The notes beneath the pieces are model-generated. The model was given only the letters and a program-made list of their open reading frames with translations. It searched no databases and was not told the DNA's origin. From NCBI RefSeq assembly GCF_964194025.1, contig NC_134473.1, positions 60,202,001 through 60,266,000 of the forward strand: a DNA stretch of 64,000 nucleotides. Direction: 5' to 3'. The DNA is from Convolutriloba macropyga. Taxonomy: Eukaryota. Positions 26,320-38,218 of the stretch are shown here, piece after piece. Both the position numbers and the translations under genes were made by a program. Position 1 is the stretch's first letter; each line of letters begins with the position of its first letter.

Positions 26320-28104
26320 TCTAGAGATCAGTCATTTGCTAAGGGAAATTGTTTCGGAATTAAATAACTCTGTCAAGCAGAATTTTATGTCATTTCGTGG
26401 ACTAAAATCAATTAAAGAAAATGGCAATTAAAAAATCGGAATCTGCAGAGCAAAAGTATACTTTTTGAAAAGATTACAAACCCGCATGACATGCACCACA
26501 ACAAAAGGCAAATTGTACTGTCATCAATTTGTGATAAATCAAGATGGGGACTTGCAATGCGAAATAGCTTTATCTTTGGATCAACCAAGTGATGGATTCA
26601 GCATTGCAAGATGGCCTGTGTTTTCAATGATGAAGCTATTTATTCCCCTCAAGTAAAATTATGGATTTCGCAATGGCAAATTTCGTACAATTTCGTTCAA
26701 ATGGAATAGCTTGGCGAAGTGTTTTTTTTGTCTCATGACTTTATGATCATTTCGAGCCTCAACAGGATTTTTTAGGGGTTTTTAATGCTTTTGAACTATT
26801 TTGAGAGCCGAAATTGTTCTTGAAAGTGTGTCAAAAGAACGTTAAATTGAAGAATTTCAATCGTTTGAAAGTTATTATTCTTTATGAACCGAATTCAGAA
26901 CTCAGCTTTATCAACAGGTTATATAAACAGAGGCATAAACAGTTTGAAATGATTGATGAGACAGAAGATCTGATAAAGAGCATACGAATGCCATTGTGTT
27001 AACGAACTAGAACTTCTCGAATGGTTTGTACAAAAGATGGGTCGATAGACCCTTCCGTTAGATTCCTCAATCGATCCTATATGCTATGCAAACAACGAAA
27101 TAGAAATTCATTTCTGGAGATCAGTCATTCGCTAAGCGAAATTGTTTCGGAATTGAATAATTCTGTCAAGCAGAAATTTATTTGATTTCGTGGAGCAAAA
27201 TCAACTAAACAAAGTGGCAATAACAAATTGGAATCTGCAGAGCAAAAGTACATTTTTAAAAAGATTACAGACCCGCATGACAAACACCACAAAACAAAAA
27301 AGCAAATTGTAACTGTCATCACTTTGTGATAAATCAAGATGGGGACTTGCAAGGCGAAATAGGCTTATCTTTGGATCAACCAAGTGACGGATTCAGCGTT
27401 GAGCAAGCGACCGTGTTTTGTTGGTGAAACTATTTAATCCCCTCAAAATAAATTCAGGATTTTGCAATGGCAAATTGCGTACAATTTCGTTCAAATGGAA
27501 TAGCTTGGCGAAGTGCTTTTATTGTCTCATGACTTTTATGATCATTTCGAGCCTCAACAGGATTTTTTAGGGGTTTTTAATGCTTTTGAACTCTTTTGAG
27601 AGCCAAAATTGTTCTTGAAAGGGTGTCAAAAGAACGTTAAACTGAAGAATTTCGATCGTTTGAAAGTTATTATTCTTTATGAATCGAATTCAGAACTCAG
27701 CTTTGTCAACAGTTTATATGAACAGAGGCATAAACAGTTTTAAATGATTGACGAGACCGATGATCTGATGAAGAGCATACGAATGCCATAGTGTTAACGA
27801 ACTAGAACTTCTCGAAGGGTTTGTACAGAAGATGAATCGATGGACCCTTCCGATAGATTCCTCAATTGATCGTATATGCTAAGCAAATAACGCAATAGCA
27901 ACTCATGTCTAGAGATCAGTCATTCACTGAGCGAAATTATTTCGGAATTGAATAATTATGTCAAACAGAATTTTATGTGATTTCGTGGAGCAAAATCAAA
28001 TGAACAAAATGGCAATAACAAATCGGAATCTTCAGAGCAAAAGTACATTTTTTAAAAAGATAACAAACCCGCATGACATACACCACAAAAATAAAAAGGC
28101 AAAT

Positions 28105-28591
28105 TGTAACTGTCATCAATTTGTGATAAATCAAGATAGGGACTTGCAATGCGAAATAGCTTTATCTTTGGATCAACCAAGTGACGGACTCAGCGTTGCA
28201 AGATGGCCTGTGTTTTCAATGGTGAAGCTATTTATTCCCCTCAAATTAAATTAAGGATTTTGCAATGGCAATTTGCGTAGAAAAACAATTGAAATAGCTT
28301 CTCAAGTTGCTTTTGTTTCTTTATTTTTTAAATGATTTTGTTGACTATTGCGATCCTCAAACGGAATTTTTAAGGGTTATAAATGGTTTTAATGTCTTTT
28401 GAGAGCCAAAGTTGTGCTTGAAAGGGAGTCAAGAGAACGTTAAATTGAAGAATTTCAATTGATTGAAAGTGTTAATTCTTTATGAACTGGCCTCAGAACT
28501 CTGCTTCATCAGCAGGTTATACAAACAGAAACATAAACAGTTTTAAATGATGGATGAGACAGTAGATCTGATGAAGAGCATACGAATGCCA
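28105..28591 (-). repeat. Truncated LTR of Gypsy C (probable 3' LTR; same segment in every monomer, first at 13020-13501)
   Basis: Begins TGTAAC on the + strand and aligns with 36518-36940 (e.g. CAAATTGCGTACAATTT vs AAAATTGCGTACAATTT, GCTTGGCGAA, GAGCCAAA..TGTGCTT, GAACTCA..T.TATCA.CAG). The homology starts exactly beside the PBS-like site at 36504-36517. Confidence 0.7.
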
Positions 28592-30674
28592 TAGTGTTAT
28601 CGAACTAGAACTTCTCGAAGGGTTTGGTCAGAAGATGGGTCGGTGGACTCTTCCGTCAGATTTTTCAATCGATCATTTACCAGGTTCAAAAATGGGTCTG
28701 GTAGAGAGCAATTCGCGCGAACCTCAACTGGCAGCTGCTAACAACCACAAAATAAGTAATGAAGAGCGAGTGTAATACCACACATTACTATTCTAGTCTG
28801 TCAGCCCACAAAGAAAACAATTCAAATTCGCTTTTTGTCAAACCTTGCGCTTCAAATCAGTTGTTTTCTAATCTTTCAACTTTTGACCGAGTTGCAAATA
28901 AATTCTAATCTGTATTAATGATGTTAAACTCTGATGATGAAGTCGTATCCAGCATCCGCCCAACTGCACCCTAAAAAGCTACATTTGCAGACGAAGCATG
29001 GCCGTCAAATGCACCCCAAACAAAACCTTCTACAGCAGGAACAGATGCAATATCAGTCACCAATACCCCTACAAAAAAGAGATGAATTGTCCAACGCTAC
29101 CCACTCAAATTCGTCTTATCATTTTTTTTTTCACGCTCACTGATAGTCAGCCTCACTTCTAAGGACCCAAATTTCAAAGAAATCGATGAATGTATCCCAA
29201 ATGAGAACGAAAAGTGATTTAAGCAAATATTATCGTTCATACAGAGTTACTGGAAGGATACAGAGTTACTATGAATGTGCCGATGATTGAATTGCGATAC
29301 CCAGCACCATCAAAGACGCATATGTTGAGGCCGACCGTGCAACCCGCCCGTGAAGCTGGGTAATAACTGACATGGTAACACATGCAATGGTGCCAATTCA
29401 AGCACAGCGATCTGCTGACCAAAAGAACCTAGTGCAACGCCTGCGTTAAGATTGGTTATATATTTTTTTCTAATAAAAGAAAATCATTTAGGCTATGTAA
29501 AGTCTCAATGAAGAAATTCAAATAGAACATTGTGGCCAGTTTTCAGTAAAAAAAAGGTGAAGAAGTATATTTTCCAGCACGTTTAGATTGTTTTAGGATA
29601 AAAACAATTGGTTAACATATGTTTATATGACTTTTTTCAGGATCAAGATCCCAAATTATATTACTCAGCGGATGAACTCAATTGTGCTTACTGAATTCTT
29701 TCATTGCTGTCCATTTTGGCAACGTGCTCCATCTATTGTTCTGCAACCGTTTAGTTCTATAAACTATCAGGTGGTACGAATTGGCACAAGAAGATTGATG
29801 GGAAGATGGCTTCAGAAGCAATGGGGAATTCTAAAAAAGACGACATACTCTAACTCAGGACGCAGTGAAATGGAGAAATGCCGGCCTAGAAGAAATGAAG
29901 AGTATTGCAACACCCAGAAATAGGATTACCCATCCCATGCACGGAATCATTTCTCACATTAAAAGTGGCAAACAGAAAAAACCGAAAAGTAAGCACTCGA
30001 ATTTGAGTCTAGAAGGGATATACGACTTTCTAGCAGCAAGATCAATGCAGTGAAAACGGACAATTACAGCTCTGGGATAAAAGAATCGGGGAAGCAAGAA
30101 ATAACCATCCAAAATTCAGATCCTGCAAAAATGGGAACAAGGGCAGAACACCAAACAGAATTGAGCCAATATGCGGAACGGGACCCATACCGATTACGGG
30201 AAAAACAACTGAGGAGCTAAAACAAACACTTTAAACATGCCTAAAATAAATCAGAATGAGGAAAGCAAATCAAACGTAGACGAATTACTGATGATACAAG
30301 TTTACTGTCTTCAACCAAATCCAATGTAACCAGAGCAAATCGAAAGGGAACGCCAATTATGCCCAAAGAGATTGTACCAATTGCGCCACAAGTGTCCACA
30401 CCGCAAGTAAATGGCAATCCCGCAGATCAAATTTTAGAAATTACTCCTCCGTCTGCGAAACAGGCTCCTTCGAGATAAAAGCGGCGGCAAATCATTAAAC
30501 AAGAACAAAAAGCAAGTAAAAATATAATCACGACAACACAAGAAACAGCACGCCAAAACCCTGACGGCCCTGAAACCAGCATGCAAATTGGATCTTTCTT
30601 CCAAACTCACTACAACAATTTAATGGTACTTCTTCATAAAATACGAGGAAACATTAAAGACAGTAATAGAAGCA
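28592..30674 (+). mobile_element. Gypsy fragment B: diverged second copy of element A segment 9717-12286 (RNase H, integrase, tail)
   Basis: Colinear with A from TAGTGTT(A)ACGAACTAGAACTTCTCGAAGGGTTTGGTCAG to GACAGTAATAGAAGCA. No LTRs. Has an extra deletion in the integrase core. Confidence 0.9.
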
Positions 30675-32967
30675 ATACCAAAACTGCTTGAATCTATAAC
30701 CGGCATCCAGTATGCATTCTTTATTGTCTTCCAGATAAATATAAAATTGTTGCCGCATACGCAAAAAATTTTGGGGTGGCAATTGCGCCAATAGCTGTGG
30801 ATGTAAGGCAAAATCTGCTGACATCTTTGTTACCATTGATGAAGCGGACTCGGATTTTTTTCTAGGCAGCATCGCTTGCAGTGATGCTGGCCAGCAACAT
30901 GTTTTCAGAATTTTGGGATAAGGCAAAAATAAAGGCATCAGTGTTTAATTGCTAGTGGTAGGTGTAATTATGATAATCAATGTTGCTTCGATTGCAGGTG
31001 TAGGGTAGATTGGATATCACTTTGTGATAATTAGGATCCGGTTGCGTTCTCTTTGGATGGGGTAGACCCAAATTTCAAAGAAATCGATGAATGTATCCCA
31101 AATGAGAACGAAAAGTGATTTAAGCAAATATTATCGTTCATACAGAGTTACTGGAAGGATACAGAGTTACTATGAATGTGCCGATGATTGAATTGCGATA
31201 CCCAGCACCATCAAAGACGCATATGTTGAGGCCGACCGTGCAACCCGCCCGTGAAGCTGGGTAATAACTGACATGGTAACACATGCAATGGTGCCAATTC
31301 AAGCACAGCGATCTGCTGACCAAAAGAACCTAGTGCAACGCCTGCGTTAAGATTGGTTATATATTTTTTTCTAATAAAAGAAAATCATTTAGGCTATGTA
31401 AAGTCTCAATGAAGAAATTCAAATAGAACATTGTGGCCAGTTTTCAGTAAAAAAAAGGTGAAGAAGTATATTTTCCAGCACGTTTAGATTGTTTTAGGAT
31501 AAAAACAATTGGTTAACATATGTTTATATGACTTTTTTCAGGATCAAGATCCCAAATTATATTACTCAGCGGATGAACTCAATTGTGCTTACTGAATTCT
31601 TTCATTGCTGTCCATTTTGGCAACGTGCTCCATCTATTGTTCTGCAACCGTTTAGTTCTATAAACTATCAGGTGGTACGAATTGGCACAAGAAGATTGAT
31701 GGGAAGATGGCTTCAGAAGCAATGGGGAATTCTAAAAAAGACGACATACTCTAACTCAGGACGCAGTGAAATGGAGAAATGCCGGCCTAGAAGAAATGAA
31801 GAGTATTGCAACACCCAGAAATAGGATTACCCATCCCATGCACGGAATCATTTCTCACATTAAAAGTGGCAAACAGAAAAAACCGAAAAGTAAGCACTCG
31901 AATTTGAGTCTAGAAGGGATATACGACTTTCTAGCAGCAAGATCAATGCAGTGAAAACGGACAATTACAGCTCTGGGATAAAAGAATCGGGGAAGCAAGA
32001 AATAACCATCCAAAATTCAGATCCTGCAAAAATGGGAACAAGGGCAGAACACCAAACAGAATTGAGCCAATATGCGGAACGGGACCCATACCGATTACGG
32101 GAAAAACAACTGAGGAGCTAAAACAAACACTTTAAACATGCCTAAAATAAATCAGAATGAGGAAAGCAAATCAAACGTAGACGAATTACTGATGATACAA
32201 GTTTACTGTCTTCAACCAAATCCAATGTAACCAGAGCAAATCGAAAGGGAACGCCAATTATGCCCAAAGAGATTGTACCAATTGCGCCACAAGTGTCCAC
32301 ACCGCAAGTAAATGGCAATCCCGCAGATCAAATTTTAGAAATTACTCCTCCGTCTGCAAAACAGGCTCCTTCGAGATAAAAGCGGCGGCAAATCATTAAA
32401 CAAGAACAAAAAGCAAGTAAAAATATAATCACGACAACACAAGAAACAGCACGCCAAAACCCTGACGGCCCTGAAACCAGCATGCAAATTGGATCTTTCT
32501 TCCAAACTCACTACAACAATTTAATGGTACTTCTTCATAAAATACGAGGAAACATTAAAGACAGTAATAGAAGCAATACCAAAACTGCTTGAATCTATAA
32601 CCGGCATCCAGTATGCATTCTTTATTGTCTTCCAGATAAATATAAAATTGTTGCCGCATACGCAAAATATTTTGGGGTGGGCAATTGCGCCAATAGCTGT
32701 GGATGTAAGGCAAAATCTGCTGACATCTTTGTTACCATTGATGAAGCGGACTCGGATTTTTTCTAGGCAGCATCGCTTGCAGTGATGCTGGCCAGCAACA
32801 TGTTTTCAGAATTTTGGGATAAGGCAAAAATAAAGGCATCAGTGTTTAATTGCTAGTGGTAGGTGTAATTATGATAATCAATGTTGCTTCGATTGCAGGT
32901 GTAGGGTAGATTGGATATCACTTTGTGATAATTAGGATCCGGTTGCGTTCTCTTTGGATGGGGTAGA
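29164..32967 (+). repeat. Near-perfect 1901-bp tandem duplication (29164-31064 / 31065-32967)
   Basis: Identical ORFs at +1901 (29237/31138, 29627/31528, 29865/31766). Junction GATGGGGTA-GA-CCCAAATTTC at ~31065 with 2-bp GA overlap. I saw only about three differences by eye. Confidence 0.96.
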
Positions 32968-34431
32968 TAGTTTAATTTGATTTAAGGTTTTCTATCAGAA
33001 GTCAACATAGTCAGAGCGGCCAAGAAATTGTCAGCGACCTCTGTAAACTTTGTTGTGATGTAAGCAGTCGGAATATTTTATATTTCAGGCAGGAGACGTA
33101 TTTGCAATTAGCAAAGTTTGGGTGCAAATATTTCATTCGAATGAGTGGCATTCATTACATGGTAACTGAGTCAAATTTGGTAATATTACATGCGTCTGGA
33201 CTTTAAGCTAGGCGGTAAGAATGTTTACTAATTTTTTTCCGTCTCGAATATCGATTGAAATTGCGATGCAAAATGAAAAAAGCAAGGACCCATTAACAAA
33301 AAGCTTTTTGCGCAGTCTATAAGGTAATCATTTTTTGATACAATGAGTTCCTCGCCGTTTGTTGAAGTTTTCGCAGTGGTTTGCTGACGTTTGTGGGAAA
33401 AATAGTCTTATCCCATAATTGATACTAGTTATATAGTTTTAAATGATTTTGAGTGATCTAGTATACGATTTAAGGTGATCTCTGTTCTCAGACTAAAAAA
33501 GAACAGATCTGTGATAAGCAATGACATAAAATGGTCTTCCTCATACGTGGCATTTGAATTACTACCACCAAAATTTTATATCGGTTATATCGGTTTTCGA
33601 TATTGATCAAAAGCCGCAATGCGGAAGCTACTGTTTGCCATTCTTCATGTGTTAAATGCTCTACTGCTGCACCTAGGCATTGTCTTGAAGCTGCACAGTT
33701 CGTTCATGTGTCAAGTACAGGGTGAAAAGACTTGTTTTCGATGGCTTTTGTTTTTCTACTTTAATTTCTTGTTAGTGAGCCGCGTGATATTATGTCGCAA
33801 TAAACTTTGTATCATTCTTTGGAAGTGCAGATTTGGGATAAACTGAGGTTGAACATTCCAAGCTCGTGATCTGAAGTTATCTAATTTTTGTCAAGCTTGG
33901 TGGCAAATTTTGTGCATCAATTTCATTGCTCAATGGCTTGACGCCCGCTAATGCGAAATGGTGACCAACCTTTCCTGTTCTGTTTTGAGAAAAGATATTG
34001 TTTTGCAGTATTAATGCAACGGTTTCCTTCATCCAATTCCTTTGGGCACCTTTTAACCAACTTGACGTGAATGTCATATTTTCAAACTTTTGCTTTGGAA
34101 TTTGGTGTAGCATGTCAGTTAATCTGCAAAACTTTGTCTAATAACGATATGTGGGTTATCGGGATATTAATAACGATATCGGGATGCAGATTAAGTTGGC
34201 TATGAGCATAGTGCAAATCTAATGATGTATAATAAGAGGTCTCGCGTGGAGTTTTTGAGCTTCGCGTTTGTATTTTGTTCGGATGAGAGAGTCGACATTC
34301 GTCATTAATACTTGTTTTTAGAGATTGATTTATTCACAATTTTAAAGTCCGGAGCTAATTTGATAAACTGACCATTTTTGAACGTTATCACCATTGAATA
34401 GATAAATTTTTGATCATATCAGGCTGAAAGA

Positions 34432-35450
34432 TTTTCAATATGGCCATCTCTCAATAGTTCTATGTGAGTTCCGTTCCAAATATTGGATGAATTGAATATG
34501 GACGTTGCGTCCCATTTGGTGATTTGCACTGTTCTTTTTGAAACTTGAGCTTTACCGCATGATTTTTTTTAAAAATGAATCAACTATGGAAATTCATCTG
34601 CAATTCTTCTCCTTTATTTGGGCCTTGATCTCTGACATAATCAACAGTACCGATCGGAAGTAGGTTACTGTGTAATGCGAACACCCAAGGTTCCAATTGT
34701 TTATTCTACAAAAATGCATCGAAGTCCGTCAACTACCACTACAAAATCAGCGCGCGATATTTCCCAATCGTTGTTTTTACAGACGTTCTGAAGCTTCTAT
34801 GTGTTTTAACGTTTTTGTTGCAAAGTGTTCCTAATTCATGAGGTTTTTGACAAGCTTGATTCACACTAATGGTAATTCATTCAATTTTTGGTTATGAACA
34901 CAATTTTGATAGAATAAGCACTTCCAGAAGCTAACAGGCCGATTTTGTTTCAATATGGCCCTCTCTCAAAAAAAAATTTTGAGATCCATGTTAATTTTCG
35001 GTTGAAGATGATGGTGGACGTTGCGTCTTTGTTCGCAGTTTGCTCTATTGTCTTTATGAAAAATCAATTTTGCCGGATGATTTTTCATTTTTTGTTTGAA
35101 GCAACCATAAAATTTCATTTGCAATTCATCTTCTTTATTTTTGTATTGAATTCTGACACAATTAACGATGCCCATCGGAAGTGGTTACCGTGTAACACAA
35201 AAACCGAAGCTTTCACATGTTTACCTACCAACAAGGTATCGAAGTCCGTCATCTACCACTACAAAACCAGCGCGACTTATTTCTCAATCAATAATTTTTA
35301 CAGACGTTTTGAGGCTTCCAATTGTTTTAACTTTTTTTTGGAATATGTTCCTAATTGGCGTGCTTTTTTCTACCATCTTGTTTCACAATAAAGGTTTTTT
35401 TCTTGGCTATGAACAAATATATAATTGAAAAAGCTTTTCTTGAAGCTAAT
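34432..35450 (-). repeat. Old ~515-bp tandem duplication of the protease region inside Gypsy C
   Basis: TTTCAATATGGCC at ~34433 and ~34948. TGGACGTTGCGTC, ATCGGAAGT.G.TTAC.GTGTAA, TCGAAGTCCGTCA.CTACCACTACAAAA and GAAGCTAA each occur twice at roughly this spacing. The copies are strongly diverged. Confidence 0.85.
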
Positions 35451-36503
35451 ATCTTTCAGCAACTTGTTTATCTATGATTAAATGCATGTTTTGTTGTTCT
35501 GTTTTGTTATCCGTATGATTCGAAATCATTGCTGCATTTACTATTTCGTAAATGTAATCTCTGTTTTCAGCTTTTAACGACATAGTTTTGCGAAGTGATT
35601 TAGGGGAACACACTGACTGTAATTTTTACTCATTGCTAAAAAAGTTGGTTTGTTGACGATTTGGTGACCAGTATTGACCAGAATTTTTGCCTTGATTGTT
35701 TGCCCCCTGCCATCAACCCTTAAAAATGCCTGTTTTCTGTTTGACATTTGCTCCACACCGCAAAATTGATTGAATTTAACGGCATTCACACTGTCCGAGC
35801 AGTTTGACGTGTTTCCTTGATGGTTTTTGACGGGTTTTCATATTCATTGCCATAATAAGAGATGTATAACTATATCCAACATATTCAATTGAACATATTT
35901 GAACAAGTCTGTGATTGCGTTTTCTTCACCTTTTAATACTGCAGTTTTCAGCAGATTCTTTTAGGGCACCATAGATTTACGTTTTCGACCTAATTCTGTT
36001 TTTGAGAAAAGAAGATGCGCCCATCAATTGTTATATTTAGGTCGGAGAAAAGATTATTCTAACATCCCAAATTTTTTTCGTCATCAAATTGAAAATTTTG
36101 TCATCTGAAAGTATCTGATTGAGATTTGGCCTACCTTCTGTTCCAATGCTTAGGTGCAGCAAAGATACTCATTTTTTGGTCGCAGTTTGTCCAAGGTTGT
36201 TGTCTACAAAGAAATTCAACAAATACTAATTCTACTAAAATTTCAATTAATTAAGCTTTCTTTCAGAGAGTTCTGTTGGGGTATCAATGGTGCACCTAAA
36301 ATTCAGTTTGGGAGTGATTCGTATATTCGTATTTCCTCAGGGTAGGTCTGTCATTGGTAAGGTAACCGAGAACAATCATTTTTTGCTGGAAACGCATATT
36401 TTAGTTGTACTTGCAGTTTCTACAATCTTACCCGCAGTAGATCGGTAGTGGTGCACGTCCGAAAGGGTTCAATGAAAAACGGGATTTCGATTTAATCACC
36501 CTC

Positions 36504-36517
36504 AGCTGACTGCAACA
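36504..36517 (-). promoter_or_regulatory. Degenerate PBS of Gypsy C
   Basis: Minus strand reads TGTTGCAGTCAGCT, an 11/14 match to the PBS of element A (TGGCGCAGCCAGCT). It lies exactly where LTR homology begins, upstream of gag. Confidence 0.55.
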
Positions 36518-37095
36518 TCTTGGTATTGCCATTTTGCAATAAGATTTTATTACGATTTGCGATTCGCACTCGGTATATTTTGAATAATTTAAATGATGAA
36601 CGTTTGGTCGCAAAAGTACTGTGTTTTCCTTATTTTCAGCTCAATTAAGTTAGGGGTTTCGCATTTCAAAATTGCGTACAATTTAATGAAGATAAATTCG
36701 CTTGGCGAATTGCCTTTTGGTTCGGTAAGATTTTTGTGATTTTATTCCCGAGCCAAAAATGTGCTTAAAACAGAGTCAACTTGATGTTAAATTGAAAAAA
36801 TTGCAAGTAGAAGAAAGTGAAGATTAATTATGAACAAAATACTGAACTCAATTATATCACCAGATGATATGAACAATTGTAAGAAAAATCCTTATTGAAT
36901 AATCAAACAGGAGATCAGATAGGGAACAGACGATGGCTAATGTAAGCATTTTCCAATTGAAAGCGAAATTTTTAAAATAAATTCAAGACAAGTCTTTGTT
37001 TGATGGAAGTCAAAAGTAATGAAAAATAACTCGATTTGAATTGAAGTAAAACTTAAGTAGCAGCAAAGGCGTCATGTTACCGTCACCATTGTTCC
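36518..37095 (-). repeat. 5' LTR of Gypsy C
   Basis: 36518-36940 is homologous to the middle ~480 bp of the satellite monomer and adjoins the PBS. The outer end is guessed from GTTCCA (~GTTACA, the inverse of TGTAAC). Confidence 0.6.
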
Positions 37096-37889
37096 AAATC
37101 TACTCTCCTAAGATCAAAAGCTTTCAGCTGACATAAATAAATGTTCAATTTCCCTTGATTTTGGTTGTCGAACAACTTGTTTAGAAATATAGCATTACAA
37201 GCAGGAATGGATACAATAACCTGACACTTTTTGTGTGTTTGTTAAATGTTCTGGTTGCACCCACTACAGTTTTCACCGAATCTTAACACCGAGAATTTAC
37301 GGGAAAAAAGTTAATGTCAAATAGTAAAACAAACCAAAATTTCAGCACTACTGCTAAAAGAAAGACAATAATGAACATTTAAATTGCAGAGAGTTTGACC
37401 TTTTCCAAAAGGCAAATTCAACTGGATGTCTTTATTCGAGCATATTTTCAGTTAAAATTGCATTGATTTTCACGCTTATCGGTATTTTTGTTAAAAACAT
37501 TGTAAATATTGTGTCCATAAAGGCAGCAAAAATAGGCCGATTTTTTGCTTAATATTGCTCTGGTAAGACTCCACATACGTATTCTTTATCTCAAGAAAAT
37601 AAGCTTTAGATTTGAATGCAACGAACAAAAATACAAACATTTTTTTAAAGCGAAAAGATACTTTTGCATTTGGTTAAGTTCTTTGTGGGCAAGCGGCCAG
37701 TGCCAATATTGATAATATAGCGCATCAGCAATGGAGTATGCTTCTAATGTAAGTGTCTTTAAAAGGCCAATGATGAAAGAATTCCAATTTTCTGACAATT
37801 AGTTTTGAAGCTGAGGACCATCGTTCTTCTGTCCTGAAAAACAGACCGTCAGATATCATTGCCCCGGACGAATTTCCTCCCTCAAGTCT

Positions 37890-38215
37890 TCCCATTTTGT
37901 TGTAAGAGTGAGGGGAGGGTATATTGCCCATGGGGTGTAAAGTAAATTGATGTAAAAGTGAGGGTCAATTTGGTGCGGGGGGACAAAAAGATGTAAGAGT
38001 GGGGCTGCAATGGGAAGACTTTTGAGGAATTAGCCTCTAATCCAAAAGTGTAATGCATGATTGTGATGCAAGGGGCTGCAAAGGGAGTATTTTCGAGGAA
38101 ATAATTCCCTGGCCGAAACTGCAATGTAAGAGTGGGCTGCAATCGCTGCATTGTGAAGAATTTTGAGGAATTACCCTCCTGGCCAAAATTGCGAGGGAAA
38201 ATTGCAATGTATGAG
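37890..38215 (+). repeat. Degenerate G-rich minisatellite (~60-75 bp units)
   Basis: Recurring TGTAAGAGTG(G)GGCTGCAA and TTTTGAGGAATTA.CC motifs, 3-4 copies. Confidence 0.65.
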
Positions 38216-38218
38216 CCC

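Larger units (their letters stand above)
12741..28680 (+). repeat. Tandem array (macrosatellite) of 20 monomers, ~793 bp each, chimeric LTR-A / LTR-C / RNase H unit
   Basis: The landmark TCTAGAGATCAG (or a variant) recurs at 12776, 13621, 14414, 15209, 16002, 16794, 17587, 18380, 19174, 19967, 20760, 21554, 22347, 23143, 23936, 24730, 25524, 26320, 27113 and 27908. Spacing is 792-796 bp, except the first unit (845 bp). Confidence 0.97.
32576..37095 (-). mobile_element. Degenerate Ty3/Gypsy element C (different family from A), minus strand: LTR, PBS, gag, protease, RT, RNase H, start of integrase
   Basis: Minus-strand motifs occur in order: gag knuckle KNYSQCVPLNHFAKLCR (35574-35625), protease-like ISRAGFVVVDDGLRYLVGR (~35220-35285), RT YYTSLDLHYAHSQLNLHPD (~34180-34240) and LTDML, RNase H CAASRQCLGAAVEHLTHEEWQTVASALRLL (~33605-33700), and YIHSYWRNCH before the integrase (~32680-32710, duplicated at ~30780). 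The right boundary is approximate. Confidence 0.85.

Noticed and set aside
12741-28680. CRISPR-like array or tandem gene cluster (recurring 60-75 aa ORFs such as MQVPILIYHK..., MESAERK..., MRAEIVLERS...)
   Set aside because: Whole ~793-bp units repeat with no unique spacers and no cas genes. The ORFs use non-ATG starts, open and close between units, overlap on both strands and lie in LTR-derived sequence.
12741-28680. Tandem 5S rRNA, snRNA, tRNA or histone gene array
   Set aside because: I recognise no such gene sequence, and the monomer is fully accounted for by LTR-A, LTR-C and RNase H homology.
34945-35391. 148-aa plus-strand ORF
   Set aside because: It is the antisense shadow of the minus-strand Gypsy C protease region.
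37085-37105. TSD for Gypsy C (CAAAT at 13015-13019 versus CCAAATC here)
   Set aside because: The match overlaps the presumed LTR terminus, so the register is ambiguous, and such AT-rich words are common by chance.
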